64,000 bases of DNA from an uncultured Gemmatimonadales bacterium (GCA_963701965.1 OY969695.1:1600001-1664000); one strand, 5' to 3'; positions 29,762-40,242 are shown, counted from the stretch's first letter. Numbers and translations: made by a program. The notes: generated from the letters alone by a model not told the origin.

Positions 29762-30197
29762 GCAGCCAGCGGAGATAAAACGCCGCGTTGAGGACGAGCA
29801 GCACGGTGAACAGCACCCGCTCCTTGGTCTTGTCCGAGACGCTGGTCAGCCAGCCCCGGGTCACGCGCCGCGAGTATGGGTAGAACGGCATCTTCTCGAA
29901 GCTCACGCTGTAGTCCATGGCGACGTGGACCACGAAGAAGAGCGCCGGGACAATCGTGTGCAGAAACGTGCAGACAGGCAGGACCCACAGCAGCGCGACC
30001 GGCTCCTGGAGCGATGAGCGCCAATAATACCCGCGCTTATCCTGGAGACCCACGGCGGAGAGGTAGAACGGCGCCTTCACGAGATGATCGACGTCGACCG
30101 CCATCCCGAACGTGTAGGCCAGCAAACGCTCGTGGCCCGTGAGCCCGAGCGCCTGCACCCCCAGTGTCGTGGCCAGAAAGTGCGTGCCGATTTTCAT
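29754..30197 (-). CDS. Small membrane protein, YdjM-like metal-dependent hydrolase pattern
   Basis: N-terminal TH, DVDH, H..MD within hydrophobic helices. Confidence 0.55.
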   Translation of the reverse strand: MKIGTHFLATTLGVQALGLTGHERLLAYTFGMAVDVDHLVKAPFYLSAVGLQDKRGYYWRSSLQEPVALLWVLPVCTFLHTIVPALFFVVHVAMDYSVSFEKMPFYPYSRRVTRGWLTSVSDKTKERVLFTVLLVLNAAFYLRWLHA

Positions 30198-30373
30198 GGT
30201 AGACGCTGCACCCCTGGCTCGTTGCCCAGCAAGGTTTGTGTACCCCCCGCGTACCGGTCCCGCAAAATATGCAGCGGTGCGTGGACCGCCAATATCGGCG
30301 ACGCGAAAGCCGGCGCCGTGCCGGCGCCCGCCACTTAACTCGTTGTTTCGCCGTTAGATAGCGAGCGCGCGCC

Positions 30374-30805
30374 TCAGCGCGGGGCCGCGACGACGACGTA
30401 CGTGGTGTTCGTACCCGAGAACGGGGCTGGTACCACGTGCTGCCGCACTGCTGGTACGCCAGCCCGTTGACGATGACGCTCGTGCACGACGGCGGCACAC
30501 TGGAGACAACGGAGCCAATCACCGCGGCGGTTCACCACCGCCGTCGCCGTCACGGCGGCGGCCGTCGCGACCGGATGGTAACAACACGCCGCGTAGTACC
30601 CGCCGCCGTAATAGCCGCCGTGGACGTCGACGTCGTTGTGCACATTCACGTTGACGTTGCGGTTCACATTCGTGTTGCGGTTGACGTTCGTGGTGTTGTT
30701 CACGTTCGTATTGCGATTGACGCTCGACCGCGCGGTACTGCGCGGTGCCGCCGAGGCACCACCGCCGCCGCGACGCTGCGCACCGGCGCTCATCGCCAGG
30801 ACCAT
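30374..30805 (-). pseudogene. Secreted Asn/Val-repeat protein (DUF6515-like C-terminus) with two compensating frameshifts and truncated N-terminus
   Basis: NRNTNVN repeats; the plausible frame AVIGSVVSSVPPSC..YQQCGSTWYQP lies between shifts at about 30531 and 30421. Confidence 0.6.
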
Positions 30806-30841
30806 AGGGACGCACGGACGGGCACGCCATGCGACCTTGGT

Positions 30842-31690
30842 CTACGGAACACGCCGCGTGCGCCACACCCGGTATGGGATGGTGGCCACGGCGCTGACCA
30901 GCAGGTACAGCACGACCGCCGCGGCGGCGAGTTTTTGCTGTGGGGCGTTGGCGGCCGCGATCGCGATGGCCATGCCCGGGTGGCGCGCGGCGGTGGAGAA
31001 GGCGAGCACGGTGCGATCGTCGGGCTCTGGTCCGCCGAGCCAGTGGCCGGCAATGAGGCCCACGATCACAAAGCCCAGCAACGCGACGATTGCACCTTCG
31101 CCGACGAGCGACATCATCGCGGGCCAGAATGCGACGATGATCGCCAGCGCACTGGCGACCAGAACGATCGTGGCGACGGCGTTGAGCGGCTTGGCGGCCG
31201 CTTCGGCAAATCGGGGGGCAAAGTGGCGTACCGCGATCCCGACCACCAGCGGGGCGAGGACGCTCGCCACGACGAGACGGGCCACGGCGGACGCATCCAT
31301 GTGGGCATCGACGCGGAAGACCAAGCCCAGCACGTCGATCGCGACCGGGATGAAGACGATGGCCAAGAGCGACGCCGCCGCCAGGAGGCCAATGGCATAC
31401 GCCTCGGATCCACCGGCCTTGACCGCTTTCCTGGGAAGAATGGGCGGTACGGGGGACACCGACAGCGTGAGGAGCGCCACCTTGACCGCCGCATGCATCG
31501 GATACCACGCGACCATCGCGACCGCGAACAACGGCACAATGACATCCATGGCGATGAGCGACCGCACGAGCTTGGCCGGGTGCGCGGCGAGGTAGATGGC
31601 GTCGCGTGCGGTCGCCTGAAGCCCGAGGGCCAGCACCGTCATCATGATGCTGGCCTTGAGCGCCAACAGGAGGATCGCTTGGAGCGCCAC
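30842..31690 (-). CDS. Bile acid:sodium symporter-like membrane transporter
   Basis: ALGL, SPVPPILP, GHWLGGP, AARHPG.A; TAGACT-7-GTG start. Confidence 0.8.
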   Translation of the reverse strand: MALQAILLLALKASIMMTVLALGLQATARDAIYLAAHPAKLVRSLIAMDVIVPLFAVAMVAWYPMHAAVKVALLTLSVSPVPPILPRKAVKAGGSEAYAIGLLAAASLLAIVFIPVAIDVLGLVFRVDAHMDASAVARLVVASVLAPLVVGIAVRHFAPRFAEAAAKPLNAVATIVLVASALAIIVAFWPAMMSLVGEGAIVALLGFVIVGLIAGHWLGGPEPDDRTVLAFSTAARHPGMAIAIAAANAPQQKLAAAAVVLYLLVSAVATIPYRVWRTRRVP

Positions 31691-31761
31691 CCGGGACAGT
31701 CTACAGCGCGCATCGGCCGCGACTACGTGGACCTTGGTCGAACCCTCCCTCAATGCGTCGA

Positions 31762-32202
31762 CTAGTACGGATCGATCGGCTCGCCGCCGATCAGGCACAT
31801 GGGCCCATCCGTCAATCCACCGCGGCTTTGGCACTGGGCCGCCCACCGCGCCTGCTGGGCCGCCGCCGCGCCCTCCATCCGCATGCCCTTGGCCTCCATC
31901 TGCGCGTAGCGTTGGCCGAGGGTCCCGGCTTTGTCCAAGAGGGCGAGCGCCTTCTGGAGATCCTGGGGGACGCCGCGGCCCCACTCGTTCATGAGGCCGA
32001 GGATGAACATCGCGTCGGCGTTGTTCTGGGCGATCGCTTTGTTCAGCCAGGTAAGCGCGGTGGCGTAGCTGCGGGGCACGCCCACCCCTTCATAGTACGC
32101 GCGCCCGAGCAGAGCTTCCGCGTTGGCGTCGCCTGTGGCCGCCATGGTTTGGGCCTTCTTGAGCGCGTCGGCGTAGTGGCCGGATTGCCACGCGGCGTCC
32201 AT
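31762..32202 (-). CDS. Sel1-like repeat protein, probably 5'-truncated or frameshifted
   Basis: A...LG..YYEG.GVP and AMF.LG.M...G.GVPQD..KA repeats; start uncertain. Confidence 0.65.
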   Translation of the reverse strand: MDAAWQSGHYADALKKAQTMAATGDANAEALLGRAYYEGVGVPRSYATALTWLNKAIAQNNADAMFILGLMNEWGRGVPQDLQKALALLDKAGTLGQRYAQMEAKGMRMEGAAAAQQARWAAQCQSRGGLTDGPMCLIGGEPIDPY

Positions 32203-32613
32203 GGCGAGCTTGCCGGGATCGGCGGTCGCCCGCCGGACGAAGTTCGAGTCGGCGTGGCCCGGTTCGTTGAGCGCCGCAGCGTGTCGTCCATGTCGTCGCG
32301 GTACCCTTTGGTGTCGACGCACGCCAATGCGTCTTTGGTCACCGGAGGGGCCAGCGCGTCGCGCTGTGCCAGCGCGACGCACCCACGGAGGAAGTCGAGG
32401 ATCCCGACGTAGGCCTGCGCCAGCGCCACGGGTGTTGGCACCCAACCCGATCCCGCCGGGAGCGTGAGCGCGCGGCCGGGTCGCTACATCCACCCGCGGC
32501 CCACGGTGACGCGGCATCCGGCAGGCAGCAGACGGTTGGGAGACGGGTAGGCGACGCGGCGCGACCACTTTCGGAGCGGGTATTGGCTTGGACTCGACCC
32601 CTCGGAGCATCGC

Positions 32614-33093
32614 ATGTCGCACGTGAGAACACACCTGATGGCCGTCGCCTGCGCCCTGACTGGCGCCCTCGTGTGCGCGCCCAACGGCTACGCGCAGACC
32701 GCCTGGACCGCCAACGGCGCCACCGCCTGCGAGAAGTACCTGACGCCGGAAGTCGTGGCCGCGATCCTGCTCCAGCCGGCCGGCCACGCCCGGCGCATCG
32801 ACGGCCAATCTTGCATTTACGAAACCGGCCACGCCGGCAGCATCGGCATCACGCTAAAAGTCGCCGATATCAACGTCTTCCGGCTGGAATTGCCCCGAAT
32901 CGCCTACGCCAATCCGATTTCCGGCATCGGGGACGCGGCGTACTGGAACCCGGGCGGCGGCTTCTCCTCGGTGAAAGGCCACGACCGCGGCTGCGACGTC
33001 GCCGTTATCCTCGTGCCCTCCGACACGAAGATTCAGGGCGAAGCCTTGGCCCGGAAGGTCGGAGACATCTGTAATAAGCTCTTCGCCCTGTAG
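32614..33093 (+). CDS. Hypothetical exported protein (four Cys in the mature part)
   Basis: GGAG RBS, signal peptide ending YA-Q, GIGDAAYW. Confidence 0.7.
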   Translation: MSHVRTHLMAVACALTGALVCAPNGYAQTAWTANGATACEKYLTPEVVAAILLQPAGHARRIDGQSCIYETGHAGSIGITLKVADINVFRLELPRIAYANPISGIGDAAYWNPGGGFSSVKGHDRGCDVAVILVPSDTKIQGEALARKVGDICNKLFAL

Positions 33094-33109
33094 TCGGCTT
33101 CCACCACGA

Positions 33110-33457
33110 CTACGCGGTCTCCGGGGGGTCGATCTCCTCGAACACGTTGGTCCCGGTGCCCGGTCGCGTGGACCAAGCGAAGTGCTCTACGATGCGAATG
33201 CGACGGTCGGGTCCACGCTCTGCCTGGCACACCGACCGGCCGCCGTGGATCTCACCGGACGCTTCGACTTGCGCATACCGGAACACCAGTTGTGACCCGG
33301 AGAGTGTGCCCGCCAAGCAGCCACGTGCGATGGCACCGCCGCTGTAGCGACCCACGACCCGCGAGCCCCGTTGGATAAAGCGCAGGCGGGTACCGGGGCC
33401 GACCACGCCCCGGTCGGCCGTAACGCTCACGCGCATGACGACTCGATCGAGATTCAC
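33110..33457 (-). CDS. Small conserved-looking beta-rich hypothetical protein
   Basis: GGAGG RBS; YSGG.I.RG.L.G, FRY.Q....GE, E.F.W pattern. Confidence 0.65.
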   Translation of the reverse strand: MNLDRVVMRVSVTADRGVVGPGTRLRFIQRGSRVVGRYSGGAIARGCLAGTLSGSQLVFRYAQVEASGEIHGGRSVCQAERGPDRRIRIVEHFAWSTRPGTGTNVFEEIDPPETA

Positions 33458-33488
33458 AAGCGGTGTCCTCCATTGAGAGCGTGTTGGA

Positions 33489-34094
33489 CTACTGGGATAC
33501 GAGCGCCGCGATCAGGTCCTTGGTGAATTGCGGAGTTCCGGTGTTGACCGCGAAGGACCGGGGAGATTCCACTCGAACCCGCACCACCGCGTTGGGGATG
33601 GCATAGACGGCGTAGTACATGGCTACGGTGCCGGCATTGGAGACACGCCGGAGCTCCGCCGCGTAGACCCAGCCGCGCGCCGTGTGGCCATTGGCCTTGA
33701 AATCCTCGCGGCGTTCGAGCCGAGTGTGAAGAAAGGTGAGCTGCCCATTGCGTCGCGCGTCGACAAGGGTGTTTCGCAGACCGTCGACGGCGTTCCAGCC
33801 GACCGCTGCCGTGTCATCCGAGGTGTTCAGGGGGATGCCCGCGTCATAGGAGGACACGAGTACGCTGATCACGTCTCCGTCTCGTTTGTAATGGTACTGC
33901 GTGCCGTTGCTGACGGCGCCGAGCGAGATGGTATCCGCGATCTTGTATCCCCGAATCTCGGCCGGCATTGGGGGGAGCGTGGCGCTCGTGGTCGATCCGG
34001 CTGGTGCCGAATCGGTTTGACCCGCGGCGCGGGCTTGAGGAAGGGCGCCTGCCAGACTGATCAACGCGACCATTGTCCTGCGCATATGCCTCAT
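33489..34094 (-). CDS. Hypothetical exported protein
   Basis: Signal-peptide-like N-terminus; plausible composition. Confidence 0.6.
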   Translation of the reverse strand: MRHMRRTMVALISLAGALPQARAAGQTDSAPAGSTTSATLPPMPAEIRGYKIADTISLGAVSNGTQYHYKRDGDVISVLVSSYDAGIPLNTSDDTAAVGWNAVDGLRNTLVDARRNGQLTFLHTRLERREDFKANGHTARGWVYAAELRRVSNAGTVAMYYAVYAIPNAVVRVRVESPRSFAVNTGTPQFTKDLIAALVSQ

Positions 34095-34257
34095 TTGTTT
34101 AGGCCACGCCTAAACTGACGAGTTCGGCAAGCGAGCGCAAGCAACAGTTGTATGGCGGCGCGCTTCACGTCTTCTCCGGACCTTATTATCCTGGCAATCT
34201 GGGGCAACACCCAGGCCAGTTAAATTGTGTCCAATGCAATTCGAGATTTATTGAACC

Positions 34258-37200
34258 GTGACGGGACCCGCAGCCGACTCTCACCCCGGCGATAACACGG
34301 GGGAAGTCCTCAAGCCTCACGAGATTCCGCTCGGGACGGGCGGCGGGAGCATCACGGCCCTCTTCATCCGCCGGCCGGTGATGACCACGCTCATCATGGC
34401 CGGAATTCTGCTGTTCGGCATTATCGCGTACTTCCAGCTCCCGGTCAGCGACTATCCGGCCGGCGACTACCCCACCATCGCGGTGAGCGCGGCGCTCCCG
34501 GGCGCCAGCCCCGAGACGATGGCGGCGACCGTGGCGACGCCGCTGGAGAAGCAGTTTTCGACCATCGCGGGCATCGACAACATCACATCGACGTCGGTCC
34601 TGGGGGCGACGTTCATCACGGTACAGTTCGCGCTGGACCGGGATATCGACGCGGCCGCGCAGGACGTGAACGCGGCCATCTCCGCGGCGTTGGTCAAGCT
34701 GCCGATCAACATGATCCCGCCGTCGTACCGGAAGCAGAATCCGGCGTCGTATTCGATTCTGTACTACGATGTCACGTCGCACAATCTGCCGCTCCAGACG
34801 GTGGACGAGTACGCCGAGACGACGATCGCGCAGCGCATCTCGATGGTGGCGGGCGTGGCGCAGGTGAACGTCTGGGGATCGCAGAAGTACGCCGTTCGCA
34901 TTCAGGTCGATCCGGAGGCCCTCGCCTCGCGCAACCTCGGCATCGATCAGGTCGCCCGGGTCGTCACGGCGGACAACGTGAGCATCCCGACCGGGATCAT
35001 GTATGGGCGGCATCAGACCAAGACGGTCTACGCTACCGGCCAGCTCTACAACGCCGAAGGATTCAAGCACATCGTCATCGCCTACCGCAACGGATCGCCG
35101 GTGCGGCTCGGCGACGTCGCGACCGTACTGGATGACGTCCAGAACAACAAAACGGCGAGCTGGTACTTCATCAACGGCAAGGGCGAGCGGGCGATCTTCC
35201 TGGCGATTCAGCGCCAGCCCGGCACCAATACGATCGAGGTCGTGAACGCCGTCAAGCAAAAGATGGCGGAGATCGAGAAGGAGCTGCCGGCGGAACTGAT
35301 CGTGCACCAGACGGGCGATCGCAGCGTGAGCATCCTGAGCGCCGTGCACGATGTGAAGCTCTCGCTGGTCCTGGCGCTGGTGTTCGTCGTGCTGGTCATT
35401 TTCATCTTCCTCCGGCACGTCACGGCCACGGTCATTCCCAGCCTCGCCCTGCCGATGGCGGTGGTGGGCACGTTCTCGATCATGTACTTGCTGGGGTTCA
35501 GCCTCGACAACCTGTCGCTCATGGCGCTGACCCTGGCCGTGGGGTTCGTGGTCGACGATGCAATCGTCATGCTGGAGAACATCATCCGGCACATCGAGCT
35601 CGGCGAGCCACCGATGGCCGCGGCGCTCAAAGGATCGGGCGAGGTGGGATTCACGATCCTGTCGATGACGTTGTCCCTGACGGCGGTGTTCATCCCCCTG
35701 CTCTTCATGGGCGGACTGATCGGGTGGCTGTTCAAGGAGTTCGCGCTCACGATCATGGCGTCGATCTTGGTGTCCGGCTTCGTGTCGCTGACGCTGACGC
35801 CAATGTTGTGCAGCCGGTTCCTGCAGCCGCACCGCCAAGAGCAGCATGGCGCATTCTTCATGGCCACCGAGCGGGCCTTTGCCGCCCTCCTCGGTGCCTA
35901 CGAGCGGAGTCTCGCCTGGGTCATGCGGCACCGGCCGGTCACCCTGGCGTTTTCGGTGCTGATCCTGGTCTTGACCGGCGTGCTCTTTACCCAGGTGACC
36001 AGGAGCCTCTTCCCGCCGGACGACACGAGTCAGCTCAACGGAACGACCGAAGCGGCGCAAGGCACGTCGTTCCCGGAGATGGTGCGGCTGCAGCAAAAGG
36101 TGGCCGCCCTGGCCGCGCAGGATCCGTACGTGCAGGAATTCTCGTCGTCGGCGGGCAGCGGGTTCTCCAACACGACGAACCAAGGGTCGCTGTGGTTCAC
36201 CCTCAAGCCACCGAATGAGCGGCCGACGGCGGACAGCGTGTTGGAGGAGCTCACGCATCGACTGAGCTCGGTCCCGGGCATTTCCGTCTACCTGCAGAAT
36301 CCGCCGTCGATTCGCATCGGGGGCCGCAACTCGAAGGCGCTCTATCAATACACCCTGGCGAGTCCCGACATCGACGAGCTGTACACGAATGCGCTGCAGT
36401 TGCTGGAGGAGCTCAAGAAAAATCCGCTGCTGGAGGACGTGACGTCGGATCTCTTGAGCACGAGTCCGACCGTCACGGTCCGGATAGACCGGGACCGGGC
36501 CGGCGCGCTCGGCATCAACGCGGCAACATTGGAGAACGCGTTGGCCGAGGCGTACAACTCGCAACAGATCTCGACGATCTATACGGCCAGCAACGAGTAC
36601 TGGGTCGTCATGGAGGTGCAGCCGAGGTATCAGCGGAATATCCCGGACATCGGGAGCCTCTACATCCATGCGCCGAACGGCAAGGTCGTGCCGATGGCCG
36701 ATGTCGCCACGCTGGAGCGCGGCGTGAGCCCGATGACGGTGAATCACTCGGGCCAGCTGCCGTCGGTGACGATCACGTTCAACACGCCGCCGGGCACGGA
36801 CCTCGCGCACGTCACCGAATCGGTCGAGGCCACCGCGGACCGCGTGCTTTCGCCGGGCACCACCCATGCGTTCTCGGGTCAGGCGCAGGCGTTCCAGGCT
36901 TCGCAGTCCGGCTTGGGCGTGCTGCTGGTGGTGACGATCTTCGTGATCTACATCATTCTCGGGATCCTGTACGAGAGCTTCATTCACCCGATCACGATTC
37001 TCACTGGCCTCCCGTTCGCCACGTTCGGCGCGCTGTTGGCGCTCTGGGTCACGGGGGTCGAGCTCGACGTCTATGGCTACGTCGGAATCATCATGTTGAT
37101 CGGGATCGTGAAAAAGAACGCGATCATGATGATCGACTTCGCGATCGAGACCGAGCGGGCCGGACACAAGACGCCGGCCGAGGCGATCGTCGAAGCGTGT

Positions 37201-37473
37201 AGCGTGCGCTTCCGGCCGATCATGATGACCACGGTCGCGGCGATCGCCGGCACGCTGCCGATCGCCATCGGCGTCGGCAGCTCCGCTGCCTCGCGCCGCC
37301 CGCTCGGCGTGGCGGTCGTCGGGGGTCTTGCGTTTTCGCAGATCGTGACGCTCTACGTCACGCCGGTGTTCTACACGTACCTCGACGAGCTCCAGTCCTG
37401 GCTTGGCAGCCTCAGGCTCCCGCGCCGCATCCCACGCGCCAGCGAGGCAGTGTCACCGGTGGGCGCCGACTAG
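34258..37473 (+). CDS. RND efflux permease (MdtB/MdtC-like)
   Basis: FIRRPV, PGASPETMA, GFVVDDAIVMLENI, IVKKNAIMM, RFRPIMMTT. Confidence 0.93.
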   Translation: MTGPAADSHPGDNTGEVLKPHEIPLGTGGGSITALFIRRPVMTTLIMAGILLFGIIAYFQLPVSDYPAGDYPTIAVSAALPGASPETMAATVATPLEKQFSTIAGIDNITSTSVLGATFITVQFALDRDIDAAAQDVNAAISAALVKLPINMIPPSYRKQNPASYSILYYDVTSHNLPLQTVDEYAETTIAQRISMVAGVAQVNVWGSQKYAVRIQVDPEALASRNLGIDQVARVVTADNVSIPTGIMYGRHQTKTVYATGQLYNAEGFKHIVIAYRNGSPVRLGDVATVLDDVQNNKTASWYFINGKGERAIFLAIQRQPGTNTIEVVNAVKQKMAEIEKELPAELIVHQTGDRSVSILSAVHDVKLSLVLALVFVVLVIFIFLRHVTATVIPSLALPMAVVGTFSIMYLLGFSLDNLSLMALTLAVGFVVDDAIVMLENIIRHIELGEPPMAAALKGSGEVGFTILSMTLSLTAVFIPLLFMGGLIGWLFKEFALTIMASILVSGFVSLTLTPMLCSRFLQPHRQEQHGAFFMATERAFAALLGAYERSLAWVMRHRPVTLAFSVLILVLTGVLFTQVTRSLFPPDDTSQLNGTTEAAQGTSFPEMVRLQQKVAALAAQDPYVQEFSSSAGSGFSNTTNQGSLWFTLKPPNERPTADSVLEELTHRLSSVPGISVYLQNPPSIRIGGRNSKALYQYTLASPDIDELYTNALQLLEELKKNPLLEDVTSDLLSTSPTVTVRIDRDRAGALGINAATLENALAEAYNSQQISTIYTASNEYWVVMEVQPRYQRNIPDIGSLYIHAPNGKVVPMADVATLERGVSPMTVNHSGQLPSVTITFNTPPGTDLAHVTESVEATADRVLSPGTTHAFSGQAQAFQASQSGLGVLLVVTIFVIYIILGILYESFIHPITILTGLPFATFGALLALWVTGVELDVYGYVGIIMLIGIVKKNAIMMIDFAIETERAGHKTPAEAIVEACSVRFRPIMMTTVAAIAGTLPIAIGVGSSAASRRPLGVAVVGGLAFSQIVTLYVTPVFYTYLDELQSWLGSLRLPRRIPRASEAVSPVGAD

Positions 37474-38519
37474 GCGGCTGATCGCAGTTTCGAGAACATG
37501 CCCCAGCACGCCACGAACATTGCGGCGATGACCGGTCCCAGGACAAAACCGTTGAGACCGAACACGGCGATGCCGCCGAGTGTGGAGATGAGTACCAGAT
37601 AGTCGGGCAGCTTGGTGTCTTTGCCGACCAGCATGGGACGCAGGATGTTGTCGATCGTGCTGATGACCGACGCGCCGAAGGCCAGGAGCACGATGCCCCG
37701 CCACACCTCGCCCGTCACCAGCAGGTAGATCGCGACCGGAAACCACACCACGGCGGCTCCAATGGCCGGGAGCAGCGACAGAAAGGCCATCACCGCCGCC
37801 CAGAGCACCGGCGCGTGAATACCGAGGAGCGCGAAGATGATCCCCCCGAGCGCGCCTTGCACCACAGCGACGACCAGGTTGCCTTTGATCGTGGCCCGGA
37901 TGACGGTGGTGAATCGTTCGGAGAGGTCGCGTTGTTGCTCGGGCGGCAGCGGGATGGCCGCCTTGATGCGCTTGGACAGATCGTCACCGTCGCGCAGCAG
38001 AAAGAACAGCAGGTAGAGCATGATGCACAGGCTGACGATGAAATCGGCCGTGTTCTGCCCAATGTTGAGCGCGTGCGTGGCGAGGTATTGCAGGTTCTTC
38101 GTGAGGCCGGCGGATACCTTCTCGCGCGTCGCGCCAAGATCCGTCAGCCCGAGGCGGTCCAGGATGTTCGCCAGCCATGCGGGAAGGGCGCCGGCGATCC
38201 GCTGCGCGGCTCGGCCAATGTCCCATTCTCCCGACTGCATCTTCGCATACGTGCTGGCGCCTTCCTGTAGCAACGCCCCCGTGATCAGCGTCAGCGGCAG
38301 GATGACCATGATGAGGATGATCAGCAGGGTCGCGAGCGCGGCGAGGCGGGGCCGCTGGGGCATGGAGCGACACAGTCGCCGATAGAGCGGCGCGAACACA
38401 ATGGCCAGCACGGTGCCCCACAGGATCGCTCCGGAAAAGGGCCAGAGAATCCATCCAAATGCCAGGGTGACCGCGATGACCAGGCAAACGAACGTCTTGT
38501 CTTCGAGGGTCGCGCGCAT
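37470..38519 (-). CDS. AI-2E family transporter
   Basis: FFLLRDG, DNILRP.LVG, STLGG...FG..G.VLGP. Confidence 0.9.
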   Translation of the reverse strand: MRATLEDKTFVCLVIAVTLAFGWILWPFSGAILWGTVLAIVFAPLYRRLCRSMPQRPRLAALATLLIILIMVILPLTLITGALLQEGASTYAKMQSGEWDIGRAAQRIAGALPAWLANILDRLGLTDLGATREKVSAGLTKNLQYLATHALNIGQNTADFIVSLCIMLYLLFFLLRDGDDLSKRIKAAIPLPPEQQRDLSERFTTVIRATIKGNLVVAVVQGALGGIIFALLGIHAPVLWAAVMAFLSLLPAIGAAVVWFPVAIYLLVTGEVWRGIVLLAFGASVISTIDNILRPMLVGKDTKLPDYLVLISTLGGIAVFGLNGFVLGPVIAAMFVACWGMFSKLRSAA

Positions 38520-38552
38520 AGTTGCGGTGCGATCCTCTCCCTCCGTGGAACG

Positions 38553-39140
38553 TCAGCTCATGGACGCACGGAGCGCTCCGGTCACATTGTGCTCGGCGGA
38601 CTTGATCCGCACGGCGCCGACGAGCAGCAGGATGCCCGCGACGATCGCGAATCCCGCAATGAAGGCCATGATTGCGGCAAGTGTCGCCGGCTGGTACACC
38701 AGGGCGAGCACGCCGGCCACGACGCTCACGATGCCGAGCGCCATGGTCCAACCCCACGACATCGCGAGGCGCCGCTGCTGCACCGCGACGTAGATGCCGA
38801 CCACTCCCGTCAGCAGCAGCCACCAGGCCACCCAGAGGACGGCAAACGCGAGCGACAGCACCGGGTAGTAGTACAGCGCGGCAACCCCGAACACGGCGCT
38901 GATGACGCCGCCAAGGAGCATGAGCCACCAGTGGTTCACATAGGCCTTGAGGTCGAACGAGTGGACGATATTCGTCAGGCCATCGATCAGCGCCCAGAAA
39001 GCAATGACGAGCGCGAATACCGCGACGGACTCGAGCGGCCGGGCCAGGATGAAGATGCCGAGCGCGAGTGCTACCACGCCACGCAGGACGATGCCCCACC
39101 ACACGCGGTTGAGCGTGCCTTCGAGGTTGTTCGGTGCCAT
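38553..39140 (-). CDS. HdeD/DUF308 family membrane protein
   Basis: WW..VLRG...LG, two DUF308-like repeats. Confidence 0.85.
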   Translation of the reverse strand: MAPNNLEGTLNRVWWGIVLRGVVALALGIFILARPLESVAVFALVIAFWALIDGLTNIVHSFDLKAYVNHWWLMLLGGVISAVFGVAALYYYPVLSLAFAVLWVAWWLLLTGVVGIYVAVQQRRLAMSWGWTMALGIVSVVAGVLALVYQPATLAAIMAFIAGFAIVAGILLLVGAVRIKSAEHNVTGALRASMS

Positions 39141-39186
39141 ACCATCCTCCGGTTGCGAATCGATCGCCGCAAGAGGTACGCCACCA

Positions 39187-40242
39187 TCACTCGCCGGAAC
39201 TGGTCACTGTCCACGTGGACCCGTAGCCGCTCGCCTGCAGAATCCGATCGGGATCGTCCAAGCGGACGAGATCGCGGACGGCGCGCCGCTTGTCCGTTGC
39301 GCGCTCGTAGTACGCCTGGCAAATGCGATAACCGACCCAATACCCGAGATCGGGCGCGCCATGGTTGTGGGGGTCATCGCCACTCGCGATCCAGTTCTTG
39401 GTCGCCGTGTCGTGCATATCGTGGGCGAACTCGCGCCAGACGGCCGCCTCATGCCCCCGTCCGTACCGATGGTAGCTCATCGAGTCGAGCCACGGGCCGG
39501 AGGCCAGTTCGGAGAGAAAGTCGGCGCCTCCCTCGATCAGCGCGTCGTGGAGGAGGTTCCGGCAGCACTGCCGTCCCTCATCGAGCTGGAGGAAATGCAC
39601 GGTCTCGTGAATGACGATGTGGCCGAGTGTCGTCACCGACACGGATGAGGTAAACTGCCGCACCCACGCCGGGATCTCATCGACCGGCGTCGTCGCGGTA
39701 CGCGAGGACATCTCGGTGCCCATCAGCATGCCGCGCTCAGACGACGTGCCGGCGCTGTTGAGTCGGCCGATCACGAAGTAGATGTCGGGATATCGCGCCC
39801 CGGGGTAGAGCACCGACAACTGGCGCAGCCCGCGCCGCGCAACACCCAAGACTGTGTCGGTGGTCGCGATCTCCATACTCGCCGACCGGATCCCGGCATA
39901 GTACCGTGGCCACGCCAATGTCGCCCGGACGAGCTCCTCGGCCGCCGTCACCATCGAGTCGCGACCACGGCCTTTGATCTTGCCGCGCGCGAAGTCTTCC
40001 AGGCCAACCGATCCGACCGCGAGATACTCCTCGTTGAATACGCGGACGCGTGTCGCGCTGTCCTTTCCCGCGGCATCGTCGAACGCCTTCCAGAACCGTG
40101 GAATGTCCGCCGTGATCAGTTTCACGGAATCCGGCGAGACGTGGAGGGCCACACCCGTGGACGGCGGGCGATGATGACACGCGGCGGCGACGGCGATCAG
40201 CGCGCAGGCCAGGCCGCCCGCGGTCAGACGATGGACGGGCAT
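39187..40242 (-). CDS. Putative Zn-dependent protease lipoprotein (DUF2268-like)
   Basis: Lipobox-like AAAC; HETVH..Q, EGGADF, DLGYWVGY.I. Confidence 0.75.
   Translation of the reverse strand: MPVHRLTAGGLACALIAVAAACHHRPPSTGVALHVSPDSVKLITADIPRFWKAFDDAAGKDSATRVRVFNEEYLAVGSVGLEDFARGKIKGRGRDSMVTAAEELVRATLAWPRYYAGIRSASMEIATTDTVLGVARRGLRQLSVLYPGARYPDIYFVIGRLNSAGTSSERGMLMGTEMSSRTATTPVDEIPAWVRQFTSSVSVTTLGHIVIHETVHFLQLDEGRQCCRNLLHDALIEGGADFLSELASGPWLDSMSYHRYGRGHEAAVWREFAHDMHDTATKNWIASGDDPHNHGAPDLGYWVGYRICQAYYERATDKRRAVRDLVRLDDPDRILQASGYGSTWTVTSSGE

Noticed and set aside
32043..32460. 132-aa ORF as the true N-terminus of the Sel1 protein
   Set aside because: It cannot be linked to the Sel1 frame with confidence and has no recognisable motif or clear start; left unannotated
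34186..37167. 993-aa minus-strand ORF
   Set aside because: Antisense shadow of the RND gene; Arg/His-rich with no motifs, typical of high-GC DNA
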